From Clostridia bacterium (GTDB lineage: Bacteria > Bacillota > Clostridia > Monoglobales > Monoglobaceae): DNA of 64,000 nt. Location of the stretch: contig JAFSDN010000088.1 of assembly GCA_017436245.1 (NCBI GenBank), positions 10,075 to 74,074 on the forward strand, written 5' to 3'. Each line of letters opens with the position of its first letter. Within the stretch, counting starts at the first letter, position 1. The position numbers were made by a program, and so were the translations under genes. Of the stretch, positions 46,701-54,360 are shown piece after piece. The notes below the pieces were generated by a model. It was given only the letters and a program-made list of their open reading frames with translations, had not been told where the DNA came from and ran no database searches.

Positions 46701-48332
46701 GATTTAACCAATTTGGAAGCAGGGGGAGCATATCTGCCCGACGGCACGCAGATTGAGAATTTTGCAAAGAATTACAGCCGACACAACAATGTTCTTATCT
46801 TTGCATTTGACCAAAATTTAGATGGCCAATCCTTTGAACCTCAAAGTGTGACATTGAACGGTTCACCTGTTGCTTCGGTTGAGGCTTTTGGAAATAACGG
46901 AATCAAGGTTGATTTGGGTGTGCTTTCAAACATCACACGTTACCGTGTTGAATTCCCCGGGATTAAAACGGCTGATTTTGAACCAGTGGGCGGACAGTTT
47001 GTGTTCACAACAGGAACGGGTATTGTTGGAGGAATGGAATTTACAAACAACACTTCTCCGTTGAATTCTGCTTATATGACAGGCGATTACGGTATTGAAT
47101 CATGTGAACACAATGCCGCAAACGGAACAATAACAATAAAAACAACAAAAGGTACATATGGCACAGCAATTCAGACATATGCCAATGCCTTTGGCAAAAA
47201 AATTCCCACAAATGATATTAAGCAGATTATTATGCGTGCAAAAACAAATGTGACAGGAAACTTCTATACATATTTTATGCTTGATGACAAGGAAATCCCT
47301 GTGGGAAACAACGACCGGGAGGTTCGGGCAGGCTGGACAATTCAGGCAAGTGACGAGTATCAGGAATATATCCTTGATGCAAGTGCTTTGAATCAGAGTG
47401 TATGGCAGGACAAAGCGTTGAATGTAATCAGAATGCAGCTTCCTGAAAACGCAACGGTTGACATTGACTACATCAGATTGGTTACCTATGACTACGAAAC
47501 AAAGGGCTATCTTGCAGACTGGGATTTCACAAATAAGCAGAATCCAATTGGCTTGGGAACAATCAGAAATGTGAATGTTCCTGAACCGGAATTGAGAGAT
47601 GACGGTATATATTTTGAAGCCGCAACATGGGGCGGACCAATGGGAATTGCCAATGGAAATCAAATGCTTTTCAATCCTTCAAGCATAGGAAAGTTCGAGT
47701 ATACTGCGCTGGATACTTACGGCATAGAAAACTTTGGAATATATCTTTTGAAAAGAGGAGATATAATAACACCGCCGAGTGTTTCTGTGAATGAGCGTTT
47801 TCAGCTGCAACAGCTATCGGGTGGCGGCAGATGGAACACATACACTCTCACACCCGAACATGAAGAATACCCAAACAATGACTGCAACTGGTTGTTTTTC
47901 TTTACAAACAGAAAGTCCGGTCAGACCTACTGGGATTTCCTTCTTCAGGACATAAAGATTTATCCCATAAACTGGGTTGAAAATCCTGTGAACGTTCCTG
48001 TGGCAACATATGAGCTTGTGAGCGGATTTGAAACCGTGGACGAGGCTGTTCTTGACGGATGTGTGCCTATGGGTGACGTGACAGCAGTTGCAGGCGGATT
48101 TTATAACACAGGCTCAGCACCCAAGGACGTAACTTTGGTTGTTGCTCTTTACAAGGACAATGCCCTTGTGGACGTCAAAATGAATAAGCAGACAATCATG
48201 GGCAAGGGCTATCTTTCTCAGCTTGATGTAACCATAACCGTGCCCGGCGAGGGCTATGGGGTGAAGGCGTTCCTTTGGGACGGTGCAATGCCTATGTGTG
48301 ACGTGCTTACAAAGGACAACAGCAGTTTGTAA
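43737..48332 (+). CDS. Giant secreted multidomain protein with a WbsX/GH99-like TIM-barrel domain (paralog of the 34106-38173 product, with an extra C-terminal block)
   Basis: 1531 aa with signal peptide ..PMNVAA/D. The N-terminal region is colinear with the 34106 protein (ISGWDLNTAGGT versus YSGWDLNRIGGES). The central domain, about nt 44910-45910, has CPLWTEGRHVGWDW...GFYDESSPE...EHGIDFQWCCWF...ASWDEHGEGHAI...GFGYLDAV. Next come a W-x-G module (WRGNIEKLNVVF..VLIDSIEFLK), a stalk-like segment and a C-terminal ~533 aa duplicated from or to 38397-40094. Confidence 0.75.
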   Translation: MKKFVALCLLISMFACFLPMNVAADVDDDPCAKTFLDTSMLVNQADKNGNTVISGWDLNTAGGTIHPRAFLQMVDTSTEFPVEAVRAIDDIECGEVTFEFYVYLDKSMPGLSIRLAKGFSKQMSFDFEAEGLYLSGNNGERVFVAETPIGSLFGVKAIVDMDNGCATVYVDGIRAVTDAPISVGTINKVIVSTGAETVGAFILQTIRIYRGYALNEFFTANNGQFPSEWDIDVPSGVIAKPALDSTSGDITLSKSFDPQRGNLVFEFQTRLPKKRSGVSFTLKNGSDSVLSLKAKENGFYFGDSIFLGAYKEDIWQHFRVKIDTESGNADIQINGKLVKENVSIPKNKAVDSFEIYVAKATNGKVFATDFLLYEEEIPADYPSSPVKADSEGVAVGVQTCPLWTEGRHVGWDWINSAEPRIPLLGFYDESSPEAVDWQMKYMAEHGIDFQWCCWFMPGTPGNPIKDIDASRYLHNGYFNARYSDAVKFAIMWENAGTYTWTTDPAYNREMFLKHIAPFWIEYYFKDSRYFKSGGHPIVGIYSYDKFMTAFKDSTSGYSEILSMMNEFKQMCVDAGVGAPFVVLQEYPIASDFGNEGAHYAKRNQMGFDGFYTYGYNTSCWTERQKEAHLMGRDNASQLRFIPTYHSGFDTKAWDGASGITLTPQQFEDLLRDGKENFLPTLSYTNLDEPIVMLASWDEHGEGHAIMPNKGYGFGYLDAVKNVFAPGEHTHAEPTEQQKERISTAYPTGRKVPLREKITDLGDEQNHTVVKGWYFDSDSEGWTGASWENGCLKATSTIGLNNADVEAIDADYIRFKVKNQSDSYSATFTYTTNFSENNSSRMIYIGGKSSDFTEISVPVSKHADDWRGNIEKLNVVFNGIGDGQCVLIDSIEFLKTSQNGNMIGVDGVWLESGLIQRHEKKYLPFAEAKSLFGFKHYITEDGTFCFEGKNAVGKEALAESEALFENEGILYLSEDVFMSLTDEKPLFQLDLTNLEAGGAYLPDGTQIENFAKNYSRHNNVLIFAFDQNLDGQSFEPQSVTLNGSPVASVEAFGNNGIKVDLGVLSNITRYRVEFPGIKTADFEPVGGQFVFTTGTGIVGGMEFTNNTSPLNSAYMTGDYGIESCEHNAANGTITIKTTKGTYGTAIQTYANAFGKKIPTNDIKQIIMRAKTNVTGNFYTYFMLDDKEIPVGNNDREVRAGWTIQASDEYQEYILDASALNQSVWQDKALNVIRMQLPENATVDIDYIRLVTYDYETKGYLADWDFTNKQNPIGLGTIRNVNVPEPELRDDGIYFEAATWGGPMGIANGNQMLFNPSSIGKFEYTALDTYGIENFGIYLLKRGDIITPPSVSVNERFQLQQLSGGGRWNTYTLTPEHEEYPNNDCNWLFFFTNRKSGQTYWDFLLQDIKIYPINWVENPVNVPVATYELVSGFETVDEAVLDGCVPMGDVTAVAGGFYNTGSAPKDVTLVVALYKDNALVDVKMNKQTIMGKGYLSQLDVTITVPGEGYGVKAFLWDGAMPMCDVLTKDNSSL

Positions 48333-48369
48333 GTGCAAAATTGAGAAAATATATTCAGGAGGAATAAAA

Positions 48370-49818
48370 ATGAACGCAACAATAGGAAAAAACAAAAGAA
48401 TTGTACTTTGGGATGATTATTATATTGACAGCGACAAAACAACGGCAAAGCTGTGCCTCAATCATCCGCAGAAGCGGGAGATTGTGATGCGTCATGACGA
48501 AGCATGGGAGGGCGATTGCTGTGCATATCACAACTTCTTCCGTGACGGTGATATTTTTCGTATGTATTACCTTGCTCGTGACACAAAAACCGAGGTTATA
48601 TGGCCAATACAGCCCGGAATTGTCTGTTATGCCGAAAGCAAGGACGGTATTCACTGGAAAAAGCCAAGCCTTGGGCTTCGTGAGTGTGAGGGTACAACCG
48701 ACAACAACATAATTCTTGATTTGTCGGACGATATGTTTGATAACTTCTATGTTTTCAAGGACGAGAATCCTGCCTGCCCCGATGACGAAAAATATAAGGG
48801 CATTGCTGTGTCGTACGCGAATTTTGACGAAGCAATCGGTGAGGTGCTTTGGTGCTGGACAAGTGCTGACGGAATACACTTCAAAAAGGCTTGGATTATA
48901 ACCCAGAGCGGTCATTTTGATTCCTTGAACATTGCTTCGTGGGAAGAGAAAAAGGGTGAATATATTTGCTACATCCGTGACTATCACAACAACGAGGAAG
49001 GAAAGCTCACCCGCGACATCCGTTATATAACTTCAAAGGACTTTAAAAACTGGACTACTCCCGAAATGATTGAATTTGACAGCGATGTTGAATTTCAGCT
49101 CTACACCAACACAATCTCGCCCTATTACAGAGCGGAAGGCGTTTATGTGGGCTTTCCTGTGAGATATACCGAGCGTACCGTTTGGACCGAGAATTTTGAT
49201 GAGCTTTGCAATCGGGAACGAAGAAGGTTTATGGTTGAAAAGGAAGAACCACGCTCGGGGCTTGCTCTCACCGATGCACTTTTTATGTCGTCCCATGACG
49301 GAAAAAAGTGGCACAGATTTGACGAAGCCTTTGCCGATGCGGGGCTTGAACGGAAATATAACTGGGTTTACGGCGATTGCTACTTTGGAAAGGGCCTGCT
49401 TGAAACAGCCATTGACGATGAGGATTCAGAGGAGACCGAGATTTCACTTTTTGCCAATGACGGTCATCATTCAATGAGACCCACAAGGCTTTACAGATAT
49501 ACAATCCGAAAGGACGGCTTTGCCTGCTACCGTGCCCCATACAGCGGAGGGAATATTGTCACAAAGCCCTTTGTTTTTGAGGGCGGTGAGCTTGAAATGA
49601 ATTTTGCCACTTCGGCAGGAGGATATATGCGTGTGTCATTGCTTGACGAAAAGGGCGAAAGACTTGAAGGCTATGAAACCTGCGATATTATCGGTAATTC
49701 CATGGCACGCAAGGTTAAAATTGCGGATGAGGAGAATATGGAAAAGCTGAACGGAAAAATTGTCCGCCTGAAATTTGAAATGAGAGATGCGGCGGTGTAT
49801 TCGTTTATCATCAGATAA
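48370..49818 (+). CDS. Cytoplasmic beta-propeller glycosidase-like protein with a C-terminal beta-sandwich (family unassigned)
   Basis: The start was set at ATG 48370 (MNATIGKNK) after CAGGAGGA. It has repeated DG(I)HW/F-type blade motifs (AESKDGIHWKKP, TSADGIHFKKA, SKDFKNWTTP). The C-terminal segment ...KIVRLKFEMRDAAVYSFII resembles the beta-sandwich tail of GH32/GH43-clan enzymes. No signal peptide. Confidence 0.4.
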   Translation: MNATIGKNKRIVLWDDYYIDSDKTTAKLCLNHPQKREIVMRHDEAWEGDCCAYHNFFRDGDIFRMYYLARDTKTEVIWPIQPGIVCYAESKDGIHWKKPSLGLRECEGTTDNNIILDLSDDMFDNFYVFKDENPACPDDEKYKGIAVSYANFDEAIGEVLWCWTSADGIHFKKAWIITQSGHFDSLNIASWEEKKGEYICYIRDYHNNEEGKLTRDIRYITSKDFKNWTTPEMIEFDSDVEFQLYTNTISPYYRAEGVYVGFPVRYTERTVWTENFDELCNRERRRFMVEKEEPRSGLALTDALFMSSHDGKKWHRFDEAFADAGLERKYNWVYGDCYFGKGLLETAIDDEDSEETEISLFANDGHHSMRPTRLYRYTIRKDGFACYRAPYSGGNIVTKPFVFEGGELEMNFATSAGGYMRVSLLDEKGERLEGYETCDIIGNSMARKVKIADEENMEKLNGKIVRLKFEMRDAAVYSFIIR

Positions 49819-49837
49819 CAAGAAAGGAATGACGAAA

Positions 49838-52594
49838 ATGAAGATGCACGTAATATCAAACACACATTGGGACAGAGAACACAGACATTCCTTCCCTGCA
49901 ACCCAATTTATGCTCACAGAGCTTATGGACGAGCTGATTGAGATAATGGAAAATGACGAAAATTACAGGTTTTTCACCCTTGACGGTCAGAGCATAATGA
50001 TTGACGATTATCTTGAAGTAAAGCCTCATATGAAGGAAAGATTGGAAAAACTCATAAAGGACGGACGAATTCTAATTGGTCCGTGGTACAGCCTTGTGGA
50101 CTGTTACAGCGTAAATCAGGAAAGTATCGTAAGAAATCTGCTCACGGGCAAGAAAAAATGCGAGAGTATTTCGGATGCAATGAAAATCGGCTATTCAATT
50201 TTCTCATTTGGTCAGATTGCTCAGCTTCCGCAGATATATTCGGGCTTTGGAATTAAGGATGTGTTGTTCTATAAAGGCTCAAACGCAAGGGTATTTCCAA
50301 AGAGCGAATTTATATGGAATGCCCCTGACGGAACAGCGGTTCTTGCCAACAGACTTGGCAACTACAAGCGTTGGAACTTCTCGTTTTGCTTTACTATGCC
50401 TGTGATTTTTGGCGGAACACCAACAAAGCTCGGCTGGGATTCAAAATTCAGTGAGAATTACCGTTTGTGCCATATGATTGATGAGGGCAAAAAGCATTTT
50501 TATGCCAACGAAGCATCCCCCGACAGAAGAATCAGAACAGAAGAAATTGATGGGGCAATTGATGCGCTGATTGAGGATACCGCGGCAAGTAATTCGGAGA
50601 ATGTTCGTATTGGCTTTGACGGAACAGACTTCATTCCTCCCACAAGGGAAGTGCCCGAAGCAATAAGAATTGCAAACTCAATGCAGGACAAACTGGAGCT
50701 TGTTCATTCAAACCCCGTGCTGTATTTTGAGGATTTCAGGAAGGACGTTAATTTGGACGGACTTCAAAAGTATTGCGGTGAGCTTCGCTATGGCCCCGTT
50801 GACCACTTGCACAGCGAAACAATGGGAAGCAATATTGAGCTTAAAATTGCAGACTTCAAGGCGGAAAACAAGCTGATTAACATTCTTGAACCCCTTAATG
50901 CATTCTCAATGCTTTCGGGGGGTGCATACGACAAGGAACAGCTTGAACACGTGTGGAAGAACCTTTTCAAGACCCACGCCCACGACTCAATCCACGGTTC
51001 GGGCGACCCCCATATAAAGACGGATAATTTGAATAGACTTGAACAGATTAACGAGATGGAGGATTACCTCATTCGCAGAGCTTGCGAAAATGTGTGCAGA
51101 GAAATCAACGTTGAGGGATTGGCTGATAATGAAACGGGTCTTGTGGTGTTCAATACCTGCCCCTATGAAAAGAGTCAGGTTGTGACGGTTTATGCTGACC
51201 TTCCACTTGAGGATATTCCCGAAAACCCCGTGATTTATGACGGTGACGAGAGGGTTGAGGTTTATTACAGCTCTCAGGAACAGTTCACCATGGCAATGAT
51301 AAACCGTTCAAACCGTCCCAAGAGCGTGAGATGCGTAAGGGTGAAAATGACGGCATATGTAAAGAATATTCCTGCAATGGGCTACAAATTGCTGAAATTA
51401 TCGTGGACAAAGGGCGACCCAACAAAGAATCCTGCACCCTTCCCTCCGGGAGTGTTCCCCTATAACCCAATCGGCAAGGGGGCAGATGTTCTTGACAACG
51501 GACTGTTGAGAGTGAGCGCAAATGCTGACGGAACACTCTCTGTATACGATTATTCTGCAAAGAGAGAGTATAACAATCTTCACTATTTCACAGACGAGGG
51601 CTGTAGCGGCGACTTCTGGGTTCACAGACAGCCGAGAGACAACAGCGCATATTCCTCAAAAACATCGGTGAAGAGCATTTCAATAAAGGAAAATTCGGGA
51701 CTTAAAGCAACTCTTGAAATTCAGTACGAAATGGAAATTCCAAAGGGAGTTTCAGCCGACGGCAACAAACGTTCAGAAGTTTTTGAAAAGCTGATAATTA
51801 CAACGGACGTTACTCTTGAAAAGGATTCAAGACGCCTTGACTTCAAAACACAAATACAGAACAATTCAAACAATCATCTGCTCACAATGGTTATTCCCAC
51901 GGGAGTGCAGACAGACGAGGTTTTGTGTGACAGTGCATTTGAGCAGAGAAGAAGAGCAATCGGCAATATTTCGGACAACAACGGCAGACGTGGTGACGAG
52001 CTTTTGAGATTTGCTGTTCAGACCTTTGCGGATGCGTCTGATGAAAAGGGCGGCGTTACCCTCATAACACAGGGCAACAAGGAGATGTATGCAGAGGACA
52101 GCGGCGGATGTAGCTTTAATGTGACAATGCTCAGAGCCGTTTCGGGCAAGTTCCCTGTTCATGATGATTGTTTCCTGACCTTTGATAACGAAAACGCAGA
52201 TTGCAAGGGCACTTTTGATACGCAGTATGCAATTTATTTCCACGATGCAGAGGCGAACGTTTCAAAGGAGAGCAAAAAATATCTCACAAGCCTTTCTGTT
52301 ATGCAGTTGGGTCACGGCATGGGCGGAAGTCTCCCCGCAGAATGTAGCTTTGTTGGCACAGACTTTGAGCTTTCCTGCGTGAAACGTGCAGAGAATAAAA
52401 ATGCAGTTGTTCTGAGATTGTATAACCCCACAGACAAAGCTCAAAAGGGCTGTGCCTGGGTGAGAGAAGCAAAGAGTGCGAGTCTTTGTTCTCTTGGGGA
52501 GGATGTGCTTGAAGCATTGACGGTTGAAAACGGAAAAACACAGCTTGAAATAGAGCCGTTTAAGATTGTGACGGTTATGTTTGATATGGAATAA
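49838..52594 (+). CDS. Glycoside hydrolase family 38 alpha-mannosidase-like protein
   Basis: It carries the GH38 N-terminal metal-site motif HVISNTHWDREHR, followed by GPWYSLVDCYSVNQESIVRNLLTG. It is about 918 aa and has no signal peptide. The start was chosen among three in-frame ATGs (49829, 49838, 49844) by spacing from GAAAGGA. Confidence 0.8.
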   Translation: MKMHVISNTHWDREHRHSFPATQFMLTELMDELIEIMENDENYRFFTLDGQSIMIDDYLEVKPHMKERLEKLIKDGRILIGPWYSLVDCYSVNQESIVRNLLTGKKKCESISDAMKIGYSIFSFGQIAQLPQIYSGFGIKDVLFYKGSNARVFPKSEFIWNAPDGTAVLANRLGNYKRWNFSFCFTMPVIFGGTPTKLGWDSKFSENYRLCHMIDEGKKHFYANEASPDRRIRTEEIDGAIDALIEDTAASNSENVRIGFDGTDFIPPTREVPEAIRIANSMQDKLELVHSNPVLYFEDFRKDVNLDGLQKYCGELRYGPVDHLHSETMGSNIELKIADFKAENKLINILEPLNAFSMLSGGAYDKEQLEHVWKNLFKTHAHDSIHGSGDPHIKTDNLNRLEQINEMEDYLIRRACENVCREINVEGLADNETGLVVFNTCPYEKSQVVTVYADLPLEDIPENPVIYDGDERVEVYYSSQEQFTMAMINRSNRPKSVRCVRVKMTAYVKNIPAMGYKLLKLSWTKGDPTKNPAPFPPGVFPYNPIGKGADVLDNGLLRVSANADGTLSVYDYSAKREYNNLHYFTDEGCSGDFWVHRQPRDNSAYSSKTSVKSISIKENSGLKATLEIQYEMEIPKGVSADGNKRSEVFEKLIITTDVTLEKDSRRLDFKTQIQNNSNNHLLTMVIPTGVQTDEVLCDSAFEQRRRAIGNISDNNGRRGDELLRFAVQTFADASDEKGGVTLITQGNKEMYAEDSGGCSFNVTMLRAVSGKFPVHDDCFLTFDNENADCKGTFDTQYAIYFHDAEANVSKESKKYLTSLSVMQLGHGMGGSLPAECSFVGTDFELSCVKRAENKNAVVLRLYNPTDKAQKGCAWVREAKSASLCSLGEDVLEALTVENGKTQLEIEPFKIVTVMFDME

Positions 52595-52608
52595 AGGTGA
52601 AAAGCACT

Positions 52609-53535
52609 ATGAATGAAATACTTAAAAATGAATACTTTGAAAGCGGAAAGGACGGGGTCAGAAGAATACTGACCCCCGACGACAAAAAGATTGACATAGT
52701 TGAGTTTGATGACAAAACCCTTTGCTATGTGAAAAGCGGTATGGGTTATCCTGCAATCTATCCCATGCACGAGACACATTTTGAGCCCAAGGCAGAAGCA
52801 GTTTTAATGGACCTTGACGGAACATCAGTACACAGCGAGAGCTTTTGGATGTGGGTCATTGAACAGACGACCGCACGTCTTTTGGGAAAAAGTGATTTCA
52901 GATACGAAAAAGAGGACGAGCCCTTTATTTCGGGGCACTCCGTTTCGGAGCATCTGCAGTATATGATTAATAAGTACGCCAAGGGCGGAAGTCTTGAACT
53001 TGCACGACAGTATTATTTTGAGATTGTGAATCACCAAATGGACGAGATAATGAAAGGCAGAGGCAAGCAGGATGCTTTCACTCCTGCGCCAAACCTCAAA
53101 GAATTTTTGCTCACATTAAAGTCAGAGGGCATAAAAATCGGGCTTGTTACATCGGGACTCTATGAAAAGGCGATGCCGGAAATTATCTCGGCATTCAAAC
53201 AGCTTGATATGGGCGACCCAACAGAGTTTTATGACGCAATAATCACAGCAGGTCAGGCACTCCGAAAAGGTCAGACGGGAACTTTGGGCGAGCTTGCTCC
53301 AAAGCCCCATCCGTGGCTCTATGCGGAGACCGCAAGGGTTGGTCTTGGAATACCCTTTGAAAGACGGCACAAGGTAATTGGTATTGAGGACAGCTCCGCA
53401 GGAGTTGTTTCAATTAAGCTTGCAGGCTTCAGCTGTGTTGGCATTTCCGGCGGAAATATTGATAATGCCGGAGTGGACGAGCTGTGTGATTACCGTGCAG
53501 ATGGGCTTTTGGATATTCTTGATGTGGTTTTATAA
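52609..53535 (+). CDS. HAD-superfamily hydrolase (subfamily IA, beta-phosphoglucomutase/phosphatase-like) with an N-terminal extension
   Basis: It carries HAD motif I LMDLDGTSVHSE, motif II GLVTSG and motif IV GIEDSSAGVVS. About 60 aa precede motif I. The start ATG 52609 follows AAGGTG; an alternative GTG start lies at 52597. Confidence 0.75.
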   Translation: MNEILKNEYFESGKDGVRRILTPDDKKIDIVEFDDKTLCYVKSGMGYPAIYPMHETHFEPKAEAVLMDLDGTSVHSESFWMWVIEQTTARLLGKSDFRYEKEDEPFISGHSVSEHLQYMINKYAKGGSLELARQYYFEIVNHQMDEIMKGRGKQDAFTPAPNLKEFLLTLKSEGIKIGLVTSGLYEKAMPEIISAFKQLDMGDPTEFYDAIITAGQALRKGQTGTLGELAPKPHPWLYAETARVGLGIPFERRHKVIGIEDSSAGVVSIKLAGFSCVGISGGNIDNAGVDELCDYRADGLLDILDVVL

Positions 53536-53572
53536 GCTAAAATATTAAATTACATAATTTGAGGTGAAATGA

Positions 53573-54331
53573 ATGTTGTTGCAGGCAATTGATATGCATA
53601 TGCACATCAATCACGGAAGTATATACGATACACAGGTCAGTGAAGTGTATACCGCCGACCTTGATGAGCTCAGAAAAATAAGCAAGGGTACAGGGATTGA
53701 AAAAATGTTCTGTTCAACCTTTGCATCGGTTATCACCAACGAGGCAATTGAACAGGAAAATGAGTATCTGATGAATATTGTCAAATCCACAGACGACCTT
53801 TATTAGTGGGTTGTTATTGACCCCAGATGCGACGGAACCTTTGAACAGGCAAGGAAAATATTAAAGTCAGGGAAGTGTGTGGGTATAAAGCTACATCCCT
53901 ATATGCACAAATATGACCTCATGGAGTTTGGCGACAAAATATTTTCCTTTGCTGCAGAGCTTGAGACAATTGTGTTGACGCATCCGATGACCGAGTTTTT
54001 GACTGACTGAAAAATTCTGACTTTTGCGGATAAATATCCTGAAATGACCTTAATTATTGCTCATCTGGGGAGCAAAGAATTTGTTGATGCGGTTGAATTT
54101 GCAAAGCATGGAAATGTTTATACCGATACGTCGGGAATTGCAAGCTCAAATAATAAAATAATTGAGTATGCGGTGAACCGCATCGGTTCTGAGAAAATTC
54201 TCTTTGGTACAGATACATATTCTGCGGCGTTTCAGCGGGGAAGAATTGAATTTGCTTTGATTTCCGAGGAAGACAAGGCGAATATTCTCAGATATAATGC
54301 AGAGAGGCTTTTTGGTAAGGTTTTGAAATAA
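53573..54331 (+). pseudogene. Amidohydrolase-2 (PF04909-like, TIM-barrel metal hydrolase) gene interrupted by two in-frame stop codons
   Basis: A single reading frame runs from the metal motif IDMHMHINHG to ...TLIIAHLG...FGTDT...LRYNAERLF. It is broken only by TAG at 53804-53806 and TGA at 54008-54010, and has no frameshift. Confidence 0.7.
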
Positions 54332-54360
54332 ATAGAATTAAAAAAGGAGAATCAATTATT

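Noticed and set aside
53804-54010. Possibility that the in-frame TAG/TGA in the amidohydrolase reflect an alternative genetic code, pyrrolysine or selenocysteine
   Set aside because: TAG terminates lspA, and TGA terminates rluD and uvrB at positions consistent with full-length conserved proteins. I could not recognise a SECIS-like or PYLIS-like context with any confidence. Nonsense mutation or sequencing error is more parsimonious.
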